A stretch of 64,000 nucleotides of DNA from a virus. The notes beneath the pieces are model-generated. The model was not told where the DNA came from, did no database searches, and was given only the letters and a program-made list of their open reading frames with translations. The stretch's first letter is position 1; each line of letters opens with the position of its first letter. The translations under genes and the position numbers were made by a program. The stretch lies in UHGV virus genome UHGV-0332176. One strand, 5' to 3'. Shown here piece after piece: positions 1-9,338 of the stretch.

Positions 1-12
1 TAAATACAAACA

Positions 13-38
13 AACCCTCAAATTTTGAGGGTTTTTTA
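13..38. terminator. Rho-independent terminator hairpin (CCCTCAAAATTTTGAGGG) with T-runs on both strands, downstream of the minus gene ending at 52
   Basis: Perfect inverted repeat aaaccctcaaaattttgagggtttttt read directly from the sequence. Confidence 0.6.
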
Positions 39-51
39 TAAATACAACTGA

Positions 52-2841
52 TTACTTATCATTACTTACTATTATAATTTCCCCTTCTTTTGGAGATGTA
101 TTTAATACAACAAAATTCATTTCTATTGGTTTAGATTCCGAAATGGTAGATTCATCAGATGAATATGAAACATTTTCTTGAATAATTTTAAAATCATCTT
201 TTGTTAATAAAATTGGTCTGTCACTATAAATTACACTATCGGTATTATATTCTTTATCAATATAAAAATTTGTAATTCTATAACGAGAAGAATTTACTTC
301 TTGAATATTTTCAAAATATAATTTTTCATCATTAATAAAGATATAACCTAATGAATTTGGTTTTGAATTTTTAACTTCAATATTATTACCTGAATAAATT
401 GAATTTTTTGGAGTATATGCTGGCAAACCTAAAATCTCAAGATTATCTTCAGTATTTGTTGGTGATGTTAAATTACTAATTGTTACATCAACATTCTTTA
501 ATGGAACAATAACTAATTTATTATCATATATATATGCTTTAACAATATTTTTTGTAACCGCTAAATTATTAATTGTATCAATAGCATCTTGCAAAGTACC
601 TCTTTCTGGATGGTCTTTCATATATCCTGGTGAATTTTTATCTGAACCCCAAACAATATTATTTTTATTAATTCTTAATCCATTTGAACCATCTTTTAAT
701 ATTGGTGTTTCAGATAAAGAATATGATTTTGTTCCTTGAACAAAAGTTCCAACAATTTCTTGTAAAGGAGTTCCAGTATTATTATTTAAAACAATACTTT
801 TTCCTTGATTTGCAATAAACACAATATTTGAACCATCTTGAATAATATTCAATTCTGAAATATTTAAAGTTGCTTGTTTTAAATAATTAATAAATTCAGT
901 TATTCCTGAAATCTGTTTCGTAAATGGAACAGCATATGTTTTATTTCCAATAATAATATTCAAAGTTTGATTTGAATGGACAGTTAAATTATTAACAGGA
1001 ATTGTTAATAAAACATTACCTGGTTTAAATATATTATCACTTGAAATATCAAAATATGTACTATTAAATTTAATAGGAGTTAATAAAGAAATTAATGGTT
1101 TAATCATTACATTTACTTTATCATTGTCTGATAAAGTATCAGGAATAATAAATTTATTTTCCGTTGTTTTTGTAACATATGATATAATTGAAGTTACTTT
1201 TGAAGAATAATTATTTTTTGATGAATCTCTAAAATCAATTGCATAATCTCCAGCATTATGTTTTTCAGCTAAATAACTTCCTTCTGCACCACGTCTAATA
1301 CTTTTTAAAATATTATTAACTTCATCAACTTCATAAAATTCAATAATTTCAGAATTTAATAATATTTTTCCAGGAGTAATATCTTTATTTTTTTCAATAA
1401 TAGGTAATTTAAGTTTTTTTATATCATCAACAAATATTTGAGAATCACCAATTACTAAATCTTTAGTTAATTGTGTCATATTTGTCTTTGAAAATCCCAT
1501 TTTATATTGATAATGTTTATAATCACACCCATATATACTTGTTGGAATTTCATTATCATCAACATTATAAATCATTAAATATGGCAAAGGAGCTGATACA
1601 CATAATTCAGATGGGCGTTCAACTTCATATGAAGGTCTTAAAAATCCACTACCGTCTACATTTACTACATTATTTGATTGACCATATTTGTCTTCCCAAG
1701 TATAAATTTTATCATAAATGTAATAATAATCAATTGTAGTAACAACAATATGACCATTTTCAACTATTCTATTATCATAATAACGATTATTTTCTTTATC
1801 AAAAGGAATATATACTTTTCCATCAACCAATTCCCAGTTAGTTAAAGGCACAGATATTGTTGATTGCTCGCTAATATCACGAGTTCCATTTGGATATTCA
1901 ATATTAACCGTTATTTTATTACTATTAAATCCACTTTCAGGTATATTAAAATATTCTGTTCCATATTCTTCAAATGCTTTTAAACCAGTATCAGTTGATA
2001 ATTCACTAAATGGATGTCCAATAAAAATCCAAGATTTTTTTTGACCATCTTTATCTTCCGTTATAACTAATTTTTCTAAATTTCTAATTGTATAAAATAA
2101 AGTTAATAAATTATTTTCTAAAGAATAATCTGTAATTATTTCTTCTTTATTATTAAAATATGAAGTAATAGTTAAAAAATTATGTTGTAATAAATCATCA
2201 TTTTCTAATTTAAATGTTTGTAATCCAACATTAACAAATTCTTTAATATATGGATAATCTAAATTCTCCTTATAATTAACTAAACAATAATCATTTGTTA
2301 TTGTTGGTGCATCATATAAAGTTGAATCATATAAAAATGCGTCATATCCTGATTTGTCAACATTAAATGTTGAGCCATTAATCATAATACCTTTAAAATG
2401 ACAATTTAAATAATCTTTAATATCATCTAAATTTTTAGTTTTATACGCATATAATCTATTTGCCATATGTGTATCCATATATTCAATATCAGATAATAAA
2501 CCTTGTGGGTCAACAGATGATGTAACTGCATCAAAACGAATATACATTGTAATATTATTTTTTTCTTGTTCTTTTGCACCCGATACATTTACATCATCAC
2601 GTTGTGATGAATACTTTTCAATAAATTGTTCAAATTCAACGTGATAAGGCTTAATTTGATAGATATAATCAATAACATCTTGAATAACAGAATCTTGTTT
2701 ATATTTTTTATTATTAACAGTTGAATTAATACCAGTATAATTAACCAAACTGGTTTTTAATGCCCAATCAACATTTTTTTGTTCAGAAAAAATATAATGT
2801 AAAAGCCCAAAAAAGATTTTATTTTTATCCAATAATGACAT
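52..2841 (-). CDS. Large virion structural protein (baseplate/tail-fibre-like), 929 aa
   Basis: Long ORF in a late-gene neighbourhood. A TATAAATA late-promoter motif lies upstream and a terminator downstream. No catalytic motifs; composition is typical of fibre/baseplate proteins. Confidence 0.3.
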   Translation of the reverse strand: MSLLDKNKIFFGLLHYIFSEQKNVDWALKTSLVNYTGINSTVNNKKYKQDSVIQDVIDYIYQIKPYHVEFEQFIEKYSSQRDDVNVSGAKEQEKNNITMYIRFDAVTSSVDPQGLLSDIEYMDTHMANRLYAYKTKNLDDIKDYLNCHFKGIMINGSTFNVDKSGYDAFLYDSTLYDAPTITNDYCLVNYKENLDYPYIKEFVNVGLQTFKLENDDLLQHNFLTITSYFNNKEEIITDYSLENNLLTLFYTIRNLEKLVITEDKDGQKKSWIFIGHPFSELSTDTGLKAFEEYGTEYFNIPESGFNSNKITVNIEYPNGTRDISEQSTISVPLTNWELVDGKVYIPFDKENNRYYDNRIVENGHIVVTTIDYYYIYDKIYTWEDKYGQSNNVVNVDGSGFLRPSYEVERPSELCVSAPLPYLMIYNVDDNEIPTSIYGCDYKHYQYKMGFSKTNMTQLTKDLVIGDSQIFVDDIKKLKLPIIEKNKDITPGKILLNSEIIEFYEVDEVNNILKSIRRGAEGSYLAEKHNAGDYAIDFRDSSKNNYSSKVTSIISYVTKTTENKFIIPDTLSDNDKVNVMIKPLISLLTPIKFNSTYFDISSDNIFKPGNVLLTIPVNNLTVHSNQTLNIIIGNKTYAVPFTKQISGITEFINYLKQATLNISELNIIQDGSNIVFIANQGKSIVLNNNTGTPLQEIVGTFVQGTKSYSLSETPILKDGSNGLRINKNNIVWGSDKNSPGYMKDHPERGTLQDAIDTINNLAVTKNIVKAYIYDNKLVIVPLKNVDVTISNLTSPTNTEDNLEILGLPAYTPKNSIYSGNNIEVKNSKPNSLGYIFINDEKLYFENIQEVNSSRYRITNFYIDKEYNTDSVIYSDRPILLTKDDFKIIQENVSYSSDESTISESKPIEMNFVVLNTSPKEGEIIIVSNDK

Positions 2842-2867
2842 ATTATTAATCCTTAAAATTATACAAA

Positions 2868-2875
2868 TATTTATA
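2868..2875 (-). promoter_or_regulatory. Candidate T4-type late promoter (TATAAATA on the minus strand), 26 nt upstream of the ATG at 2841
   Basis: Exact TATTTATA on the plus strand just upstream of a structural gene. A gp55-like sigma factor is encoded in the window. Confidence 0.4.
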
Positions 2876-3839
2876 TCTTATTCAACCATTCTTCAACTTG
2901 TTCTATATTAAAGAATTCTAACCAATTAAGATTATTCTTTTTTGCAATATCTCGTTTTAATACATCTCTATTAGTCCAATCATTAATAGCTTTAACATAT
3001 TGAGGTGTATTTTTTGATTCCCATAATTTCAATTTTTCTTTTTGTTTATCAATTCCAATATAGGGTTCTTTTCCGTGTGTCCAAAATCCTTGATATTCTA
3101 TATATGTATCTATTACAGGAATATAAAAATCGCAGGCAAATGGATAATCATTAGATTTATACTGTCTTTTAACTTCTCCATATTTTTCACAAAGTAATTT
3201 ATAAATTTTATCTTCAATTTTTGAACTATTAAATGTTTTATTAATTCGTTTTGTTTTCATTTGTTTATCAATAGTTTTATTAGTATGTGTTTTCTCAATA
3301 ACATCTTTTCTTTGTAAAGGACACTCAACACCATATTTTTCTAAGCAGGTTTGTTTAAATCTTTTTTTAAATTCTAAAGTTTTTGTATAACTTTCAACAC
3401 CATATTTTTCTAAACAGGTTTGTTTAGTTTTTATTATTCTTTCTTTAGCATTCAATTTATTCTTTTTGCCTATTTTTTCTTTTATTTCTTTACAATATGA
3501 TGGATTTTCTACACCATATTTTTCTAAATTTGTTTTTTTCATTTTTTCTTTCATTTTTTCATTCTGCCCACAATATTCTACACCATATCGTTCTAAATTA
3601 GTTTTAACTCTCTGAATTTTTGCTTGTTCAATTTTGTCTTTTTTTGATTTTTCAATACCATATTTCTTTAATAAAGTACAAATTTTATTTTCTCTTTTAT
3701 ATCCAAATAAATTAGCAATTTTTAATGCTGATAAGCATTGTTCAATATATAAATGATATAATTCTTCTTTTGTAATCTCTATTTTTTTCATCTTTATATA
3801 ATTCCTAATAAATATGTTTATAATAATGATATTTATCAT
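2871..3839 (-). CDS. Tandem-repeat protein (5x ~23-32 aa repeats with core K(T/Q)CLEKYGVE). N-terminal HTH-like segment and C-terminal D..D..E.QG nuclease-like segment. Possible free-standing homing-endonuclease-like or DNA-binding gene
   Basis: Repeats are visible in the protein and as ~70-nt DNA repeats (acaccatatttttctaa...) between 3320 and 3680. Small gene wedged between structural genes. Confidence 0.3.
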   Translation of the reverse strand: MINIIIINIFIRNYIKMKKIEITKEELYHLYIEQCLSALKIANLFGYKRENKICTLLKKYGIEKSKKDKIEQAKIQRVKTNLERYGVEYCGQNEKMKEKMKKTNLEKYGVENPSYCKEIKEKIGKKNKLNAKERIIKTKQTCLEKYGVESYTKTLEFKKRFKQTCLEKYGVECPLQRKDVIEKTHTNKTIDKQMKTKRINKTFNSSKIEDKIYKLLCEKYGEVKRQYKSNDYPFACDFYIPVIDTYIEYQGFWTHGKEPYIGIDKQKEKLKLWESKNTPQYVKAINDWTNRDVLKRDIAKKNNLNWLEFFNIEQVEEWLNKI

Positions 3840-3874
3840 TAAAATAACAAAAAAATGAGTTATAGGGGGTTTAT

Positions 3875-4402
3875 TTGAGTTACAGTGGTTTTATCAGCGA
3901 CCCAGAATATACACGCAGAAGTCAAAATGAAAATGTAACAGGTAACTGGACATTTGAACATAATATTACCTGCAAAGAAGTTATTCGTGGTACAGCTATT
4001 GCCACATATTATGGTGACTTAGCTGAATATTATTTTCATTCACCAATGGAACAAATTCCTCTTGGAACAATTGTTAAGTTTGGTGGAGAAAAAGAAATTA
4101 CTAAAACAAAACCTAATGATAGACATTTTTTTGGAATTGTTTCTTCTAAACCAGGTATTGAATTAAATAAAAAATATGATGATAACAGTATTCCCGTTGC
4201 CTTATGTGGAAAAGTTCCTTGTCGTGTATCAGGAAAAATTAATAAATTTGATAAATTAACAACTTCTAAATATAATGGCGTTGCAAAAAGAAAAACATTT
4301 TTAGATATGTTATTATTTAAACCAACTATCGGTATTGCATTAGAAAATAAATCTGAAAAAACAGAAAAATTAATTGAAATTTTTATGCACACTCATATAT
4401 AA
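3875..4402 (+). CDS. Hypothetical protein, 175 aa
   Basis: ORF with plausible start. Chosen over the overlapping antisense ORF 4036..4392. Confidence 0.35.
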   Translation: MSYSGFISDPEYTRRSQNENVTGNWTFEHNITCKEVIRGTAIATYYGDLAEYYFHSPMEQIPLGTIVKFGGEKEITKTKPNDRHFFGIVSSKPGIELNKKYDDNSIPVALCGKVPCRVSGKINKFDKLTTSKYNGVAKRKTFLDMLLFKPTIGIALENKSEKTEKLIEIFMHTHI

Positions 4403-4447
4403 TAATTCTTATAGTAAATAATTTTATATTATTATATAGGAGATATT

Positions 4448-5272
4448 ATGAGAACATTAGTTGTATATCCAACATTTTTATGCCCATTTTCTTGTGCATT
4501 TTGTCTTACTAAAACAAAAAACTCTTTAAATGAATTTTTAGATGTTTTTAAATTAAGAGATTTTTTAGAAAAAAATCATTTAAATTTTGATAAAATTAAA
4601 ATATCTGGTGGTGAACCAATGTTAATTAATCACGATTATTTTAATGAATTAGTAGATACAATAAAAGAATTTAATAAAAACATAATAATATCTTCTTATC
4701 CCGTTGAATTAAAAAATTATCGTGATGATATTGAATATGAATTTTCATATGACTTTTTAGCTCGTCCACGTGCATTAGAAGTATGGGAAAATCTTTTAAG
4801 ATTTCCAAAGAAATTTGATATTAAAATTTTAGTATCTCCACAAATTTTAAAAACATTTCATCCAAATACTATTTTAAATAAATTATCAATTCTCCCAAAT
4901 ATTAAATCTGTTGAATTTAAAGAATATTATAGAAATGAAATAACTATGTGGAATTTAAATAATACAGTATATGATAAATTTATAAAATTAGTATTATCTT
5001 CTCAATTAAATATTCCTTATATTAATTTAAATAAAGAAAAAATGAGATTTTTAAATAATAAATCATCTCGTGTTGATAATTCTTATTTTGATGAAGAATA
5101 TTGTTTATTACCAGATAACAAACTTTATATTCAACATTTTAATGAAGAAGATATTTCAACATTTCAAGAAATAAATGAAGAAGATATTGGAACTTTAAAA
5201 GTTAATTATCCAGAAGAATATAATTTTTATTCAACTGAATTAAAAAAATGGAGTTTAGAAAATGACATCTAA
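4448..5272 (+). CDS. Radical SAM enzyme (CPFSCAFC = CxxxCxxC, followed by a GGEP SAM-binding motif), 274 aa, no SPASM domain
   Basis: Canonical radical-SAM cluster motif near the N-terminus and ISGGEPML downstream. SD (aggag) upstream at 4438. Confidence 0.6.
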   Translation: MRTLVVYPTFLCPFSCAFCLTKTKNSLNEFLDVFKLRDFLEKNHLNFDKIKISGGEPMLINHDYFNELVDTIKEFNKNIIISSYPVELKNYRDDIEYEFSYDFLARPRALEVWENLLRFPKKFDIKILVSPQILKTFHPNTILNKLSILPNIKSVEFKEYYRNEITMWNLNNTVYDKFIKLVLSSQLNIPYINLNKEKMRFLNNKSSRVDNSYFDEEYCLLPDNKLYIQHFNEEDISTFQEINEEDIGTLKVNYPEEYNFYSTELKKWSLENDI

Positions 5273-5999
5273 TGCTAAATTAGTATCTGCTCCTTTAAAT
5301 ATTGAAGATATGGATAATGATTTAGAATCTAAAACAGTTTATATTTTTGATTATTCTAAATCAGAATTACAAGGATTAGATTTTTTAAATTATATAAAAA
5401 ATACTAATGTTATTGCCGATATATTCATACCTATTAATGTTCCAGAATATACAAAAATAACAATTTTAGAAGCATATATGAATTCGGTAACTTTTTATCA
5501 TATTGCTTCATTAAATTTAACCATTTTAAATTTAATTTATATTTTTAAAAATTCATCAAAAAGAACATTTTATTCTATTTTTACAGAAGAAGAATCATTA
5601 AGATTTATTGAATCACATAAAGATATATTAAATGAATGGATAAAAATATATGACTCTCTTTTTGCTTTTATGTTAATTTTATCAACAATGGATAAAAATG
5701 ATATATTAAATATTCATAAAATTCGCAGTCGTTATGATGATAGTAAAATGAATAAAATAAATAATATTTCTCCAAATGTTATGTCTTTATTACTTGATGA
5801 TGCTTTTTATTATTATTATCAAGATGGAATAGACCGTAATAATGTTTTCTATTATCCAAAATATTTTGAAGAAAATTTATATGATAATAAGCCATTACAA
5901 GCAATATTATTTAATGATGTTAATTTTATTATTAAAATATTATTTGATTTAGTTCATAGTGAACAATTTAATGATTTTGTAAAAAATACTTTAAAATAA
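5262..5999 (+). CDS. Hypothetical protein, 245 aa, start overlaps the radical-SAM gene (likely co-translated partner)
   Basis: ORF. ATGA-type overlap with the upstream gene. Confidence 0.35.
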   Translation: MTSNAKLVSAPLNIEDMDNDLESKTVYIFDYSKSELQGLDFLNYIKNTNVIADIFIPINVPEYTKITILEAYMNSVTFYHIASLNLTILNLIYIFKNSSKRTFYSIFTEEESLRFIESHKDILNEWIKIYDSLFAFMLILSTMDKNDILNIHKIRSRYDDSKMNKINNISPNVMSLLLDDAFYYYYQDGIDRNNVFYYPKYFEENLYDNKPLQAILFNDVNFIIKILFDLVHSEQFNDFVKNTLK

Positions 6000-7406
6000 A
6001 CTTAAAACAGAATCCATAGATATATTTGTTGAATTAGTAACCTTTCCAATAATTGAAGAAGGGTCATCCACAACTTTTAAAATATACTTTCCTTTATCTT
6101 CTGATTTATCATAATTTTCAATTGTTTTTTGAACTTGTAATACAAAATTAGTTTCATTTGCAAAACCTAATTTTCTTGCTGTATCAAGTAATTGTGATTT
6201 AAATTTATCCCATCTTTCTTCACTTGGAGCATCTAATATACCTTTAATAAATGCTACAGCATTTTCAACAGTAAATTGAACACCTTCTTTATAACGTTTA
6301 TTTAAAAATGTTGCCATATTTCCAGTAATATTTGAATTAATCATTGATTTCAAATATGCTTTGCTTTCTTCTGTTCCAAAAGTTGTCGTGTATGGTTCAA
6401 TATCTAATAAATCATTAGTTATACCTTCAAATTTAAACGAAACATTTACTTCATTTGGTGCCCAACTTCCAATTTTTCCTGTTCCAAAATCAATTGAGGT
6501 AATTTTTGGATTCATATAAGTATACACCATCATTTTATCCATATACATTTCAATAACAGAAATTTTATCAATGAAATTAAAATAACTATCTAAATTCCAT
6601 CCCCAATGAGTTGGGTCAGTATCAAATTGATGTAATAATATTTTTTTATCATAATCTGTATAATCTTTACATAAGAATGTATCATTAATAACTTTTAAAT
6701 ATGTAAAGAAAAATTGTTGTACAGGATTTTCTTTAACATCATAAAAAGAAATATTTAAATCTCCATATGATAATTTTTCATTTACCAAACGTGGACGATT
6801 ATATTCATTAAACTGTTTAACCTCAATATTAATCTTTGGTTTACTAATTGTTTTAACAAATTTAGATAATTCAAATGACAACTGTCTTAAAATAAATTTA
6901 TCTGGTAAATAATCAGCATTAGTTTCTGCATCAACATCTGCACTAATACCTAAAGCTCCACCAATAGCATCTGTTACCCCTTTTTTTAAATTTGAAAGAG
7001 AATTAGAAACCGATGAAATTGTACTTGAAATACTATCTGAAATAGTATCAAAAAAACTTTTATTAGTATCTTCAGAAACAGAATTTTGATATGATTCAGA
7101 TACATTTGTTGATGCCTGTTGGGCAGATAATCTAGTTAAATATTCAATTAATGATTTTTTTTGATTAATCAAAGTTTGTACTTCAGAATTCAATGAAAAA
7201 TAAACAAAAAACATTGTTTCTGGTTTAGGAAGATTTGGAATAGGAGCTTTTGTTTGATATTTTTTTTGACCTTCCAAATTTGTATATTCAGGGATAAAAT
7301 CTTGTCCATAAGCGGTACTTAAATAATCAACACCACTTAATGCTTTTACCGCATTTGAATTATAAAATTTATTAGTAACTCCGCTAATTAATGATTCTAT
7401 TCCCAT
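5991..7406 (-). CDS. Hypothetical protein (possible virion protein), 471 aa
   Basis: ORF preceded by a TATAAATA motif. Confidence 0.35.
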   Translation of the reverse strand: MGIESLISGVTNKFYNSNAVKALSGVDYLSTAYGQDFIPEYTNLEGQKKYQTKAPIPNLPKPETMFFVYFSLNSEVQTLINQKKSLIEYLTRLSAQQASTNVSESYQNSVSEDTNKSFFDTISDSISSTISSVSNSLSNLKKGVTDAIGGALGISADVDAETNADYLPDKFILRQLSFELSKFVKTISKPKINIEVKQFNEYNRPRLVNEKLSYGDLNISFYDVKENPVQQFFFTYLKVINDTFLCKDYTDYDKKILLHQFDTDPTHWGWNLDSYFNFIDKISVIEMYMDKMMVYTYMNPKITSIDFGTGKIGSWAPNEVNVSFKFEGITNDLLDIEPYTTTFGTEESKAYLKSMINSNITGNMATFLNKRYKEGVQFTVENAVAFIKGILDAPSEERWDKFKSQLLDTARKLGFANETNFVLQVQKTIENYDKSEDKGKYILKVVDDPSSIIGKVTNSTNISMDSVLSLF

Positions 7407-7427
7407 AAGTAAATCTCCATTTTCTAT

Positions 7428-7441
7428 TATAAATATTTATA
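7428..7441. promoter_or_regulatory. Overlapping divergent late-promoter motifs inside the palindrome TATAAATATTTATA (plus TATAAATA at 7428-7435, minus TATAAATA at 7434-7441)
   Basis: Exact motifs 29 nt and 28 nt upstream of the divergent genes starting at 7465 (+) and 7406 (-). Confidence 0.4.
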
Positions 7442-7464
7442 TATTTTATATTTAAGGATAATTT

Positions 7465-7953
7465 ATGGCAAATAGAAAAAAGTTAGATGATGAATTTAAT
7501 ATTTTATCACCTTCTGAAATTCAACAGGCAAATGATATTGCTTCAGCATTAAATATTATTAATAAAGAAAATATTGTTACAGAAACTGAACCCATAGAAC
7601 TTAAAAAATTTATTGTTCAATCTAATGAAAATATTAAAGATTTAACAAAATTATCATTAGAAGAAAAAACAGAAGTTGAATTAGATTTTATTGCTGACCA
7701 AGCTAATCAAGCATTTACAGATTTAATGGATGTTGCTTTAAATACCCAAGGAAAAGCGTGTGGAGATATTGCATCAGCAGCAAATAATTTTTTAACAATT
7801 AAATTAAATTCAAAATTAGCCAAAATAGATGCTAAAATGAAAAAATTAAATTATGAATTAAATAAGCAAAAATTTGAAGCATCTTTAAATAAATCCAATA
7901 AAGATGATGACGATGAAGAAGAAGATGATGGAATTCAAATTATAAATGTTTAA
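7465..7953 (+). CDS. Hypothetical protein with acidic C-terminal tail (DDDDEEEDDG), 162 aa
   Basis: ORF. AGGA-containing SD-like sequence upstream. Confidence 0.4.
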   Translation: MANRKKLDDEFNILSPSEIQQANDIASALNIINKENIVTETEPIELKKFIVQSNENIKDLTKLSLEEKTEVELDFIADQANQAFTDLMDVALNTQGKACGDIASAANNFLTIKLNSKLAKIDAKMKKLNYELNKQKFEASLNKSNKDDDDEEEDDGIQIINV

Positions 7954-7976
7954 AGGTGCCGAATTCGGCACCTTTC
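7953..7976. terminator. GC-rich bidirectional terminator hairpin (AAAGGTGCCGAATTCGGCACCTTT) between convergent genes
   Basis: Perfect palindrome in an AT-rich background. Confidence 0.6.
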
Positions 7977-7979
7977 AAT

Positions 7980-8990
7980 TTATTCATTCGTATATTCTTC
8001 TGTTGTTTCTTCAATATCATCTTCAATAATTTCATTACCATTATCATCATACAAAATATTTTTAAAATCTTCTTCTAATTGTTCATTAAATGTTGGATTA
8101 TATCCAATTTCTTGCATTAATTTTGATTTAATTCTACGTTGAGTTTTTTCAGAATTTAGTGTAGCAGTAAATTTATTTGATGCCACTTGTGTTAAATATG
8201 AAAAAACATTATTAGATTTTGATTCTTCAAACTTTAAAGCAACATCACATAAATGTACTAATGCTGACCCTTTCATATCATCTAAATATGTATATCCTGA
8301 CCAATTTCCTGATTTTGCAAATTGGTCAACCAACATAATTATCATATATACTAAACCATCACTTAATCTTCCTTGAGAAATATCAAAATGACCTGTTTCA
8401 ATAGTATCTCCTTTCCAATGAGAACGTAAAACTTCTTTTGCATCTTTCATAATATATTCAGAAAATGTTTCTGATAAATTTTTAATTTCTTGTGTTAAAC
8501 TTTCTATGTTTTCTTTACATAATTTATTATTTTCTTTATAAGGTTTTTGTTTTTCTTTTGTTTGTTGATTTAAACGAATATTTCTATTATTATCTTTAAT
8601 TATTTCTTTTAAATTTGAAATTTTTAAATTTAATTCATCAATTTTACTTAAATTATTACCAAATGCAATAAACACATTTTCATACGATTTTTTTGTAATT
8701 AAAAAATGTTTAAAAGGTGACATTTTTAATTCTTGTAAATTAACTTTACCATTTTTACAATAAGGTAATACGTGTTCATTTGTCATTACACGAATAATAA
8801 TATATTCATTATTTGGATTTTTCTTAAAAAAATCATTAACAACATTAGGAGTAATTAAATTATAATCATCACAAATAATATCATAATGTCCATATTCAGG
8901 TTTTTCATAACAACAATAAGTCAATTTAGATTTATGAACTTCTTCTAATAAATTTGAGTTCTTTAAAAAATATCTTTTTTCATTTTGCAT
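7980..8990 (-). CDS. gp55-like late-transcription sigma factor with a ~190-aa N-terminal extension, 336 aa
   Basis: The C-terminal half (GLVYMIIMLVDQFAKSGNWSGYT...FSYLTQVASNKF...) aligns by eye with the T4 gp55 core ([21 protein letters not shown]...AYITQACFNAF). Confidence 0.55.
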   Translation of the reverse strand: MQNEKRYFLKNSNLLEEVHKSKLTYCCYEKPEYGHYDIICDDYNLITPNVVNDFFKKNPNNEYIIIRVMTNEHVLPYCKNGKVNLQELKMSPFKHFLITKKSYENVFIAFGNNLSKIDELNLKISNLKEIIKDNNRNIRLNQQTKEKQKPYKENNKLCKENIESLTQEIKNLSETFSEYIMKDAKEVLRSHWKGDTIETGHFDISQGRLSDGLVYMIIMLVDQFAKSGNWSGYTYLDDMKGSALVHLCDVALKFEESKSNNVFSYLTQVASNKFTATLNSEKTQRRIKSKLMQEIGYNPTFNEQLEEDFKNILYDDNGNEIIEDDIEETTEEYTNE

Positions 8991-9061
8991 AATAATCCTT
9001 TATCAATAATTAAAATATTATTGACATTATAACATAAATTAACATTTTAGCAAATATTTAT

Positions 9062-9337
9062 TTAGAAAAGTAATGAATACACAATACCAGAAGTTTGTTT
9101 ATAATGACCATTAATATCTTTCCATTTATATCCATCACATAATTGTAAGCATTGATGGTCTTCATTAAAACGGATAGCACCTTTATAATTTTCATTTGGT
9201 TCAATTTCTTGGGAATTTCCTAACTCATCCAAATAAGTACCATCACCAACCTTTAATGCTCCTTTATCGGTAATTTGTATAAGAGTATCATCGTCCGTAA
9301 TAATCGTACTATCTTTATGATTAATATTAATTGCCAT
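9062..9337 (-). CDS. Hypothetical small protein (possible baseplate/virion component), 91 aa
   Basis: ORF abutting the upstream gene. Confidence 0.3.
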   Translation of the reverse strand: MAININHKDSTIITDDDTLIQITDKGALKVGDGTYLDELGNSQEIEPNENYKGAIRFNEDHQCLQLCDGYKWKDINGHYKQTSGIVYSLLF

Positions 9338-9338
9338 T

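Noticed and set aside
37-44. Plus-strand TATAAATA at the extreme left end
   Set aside because: Points into the 3' end of a minus-strand gene. An AT-only 8-mer is expected ~25 times per strand by chance in this window, so isolated occurrences without a downstream gene start are not called.
1473-1739. 88-aa plus-strand ORF inside the 929-aa minus-strand gene
   Set aside because: Fully nested antisense ORF with low-complexity His/Tyr-rich translation, typical of chance ORFs in AT-rich DNA.
4036-4392. 118-aa minus-strand ORF overlapping 3875..4402
   Set aside because: Antisense to a better-supported plus-strand ORF. No independent start signals.
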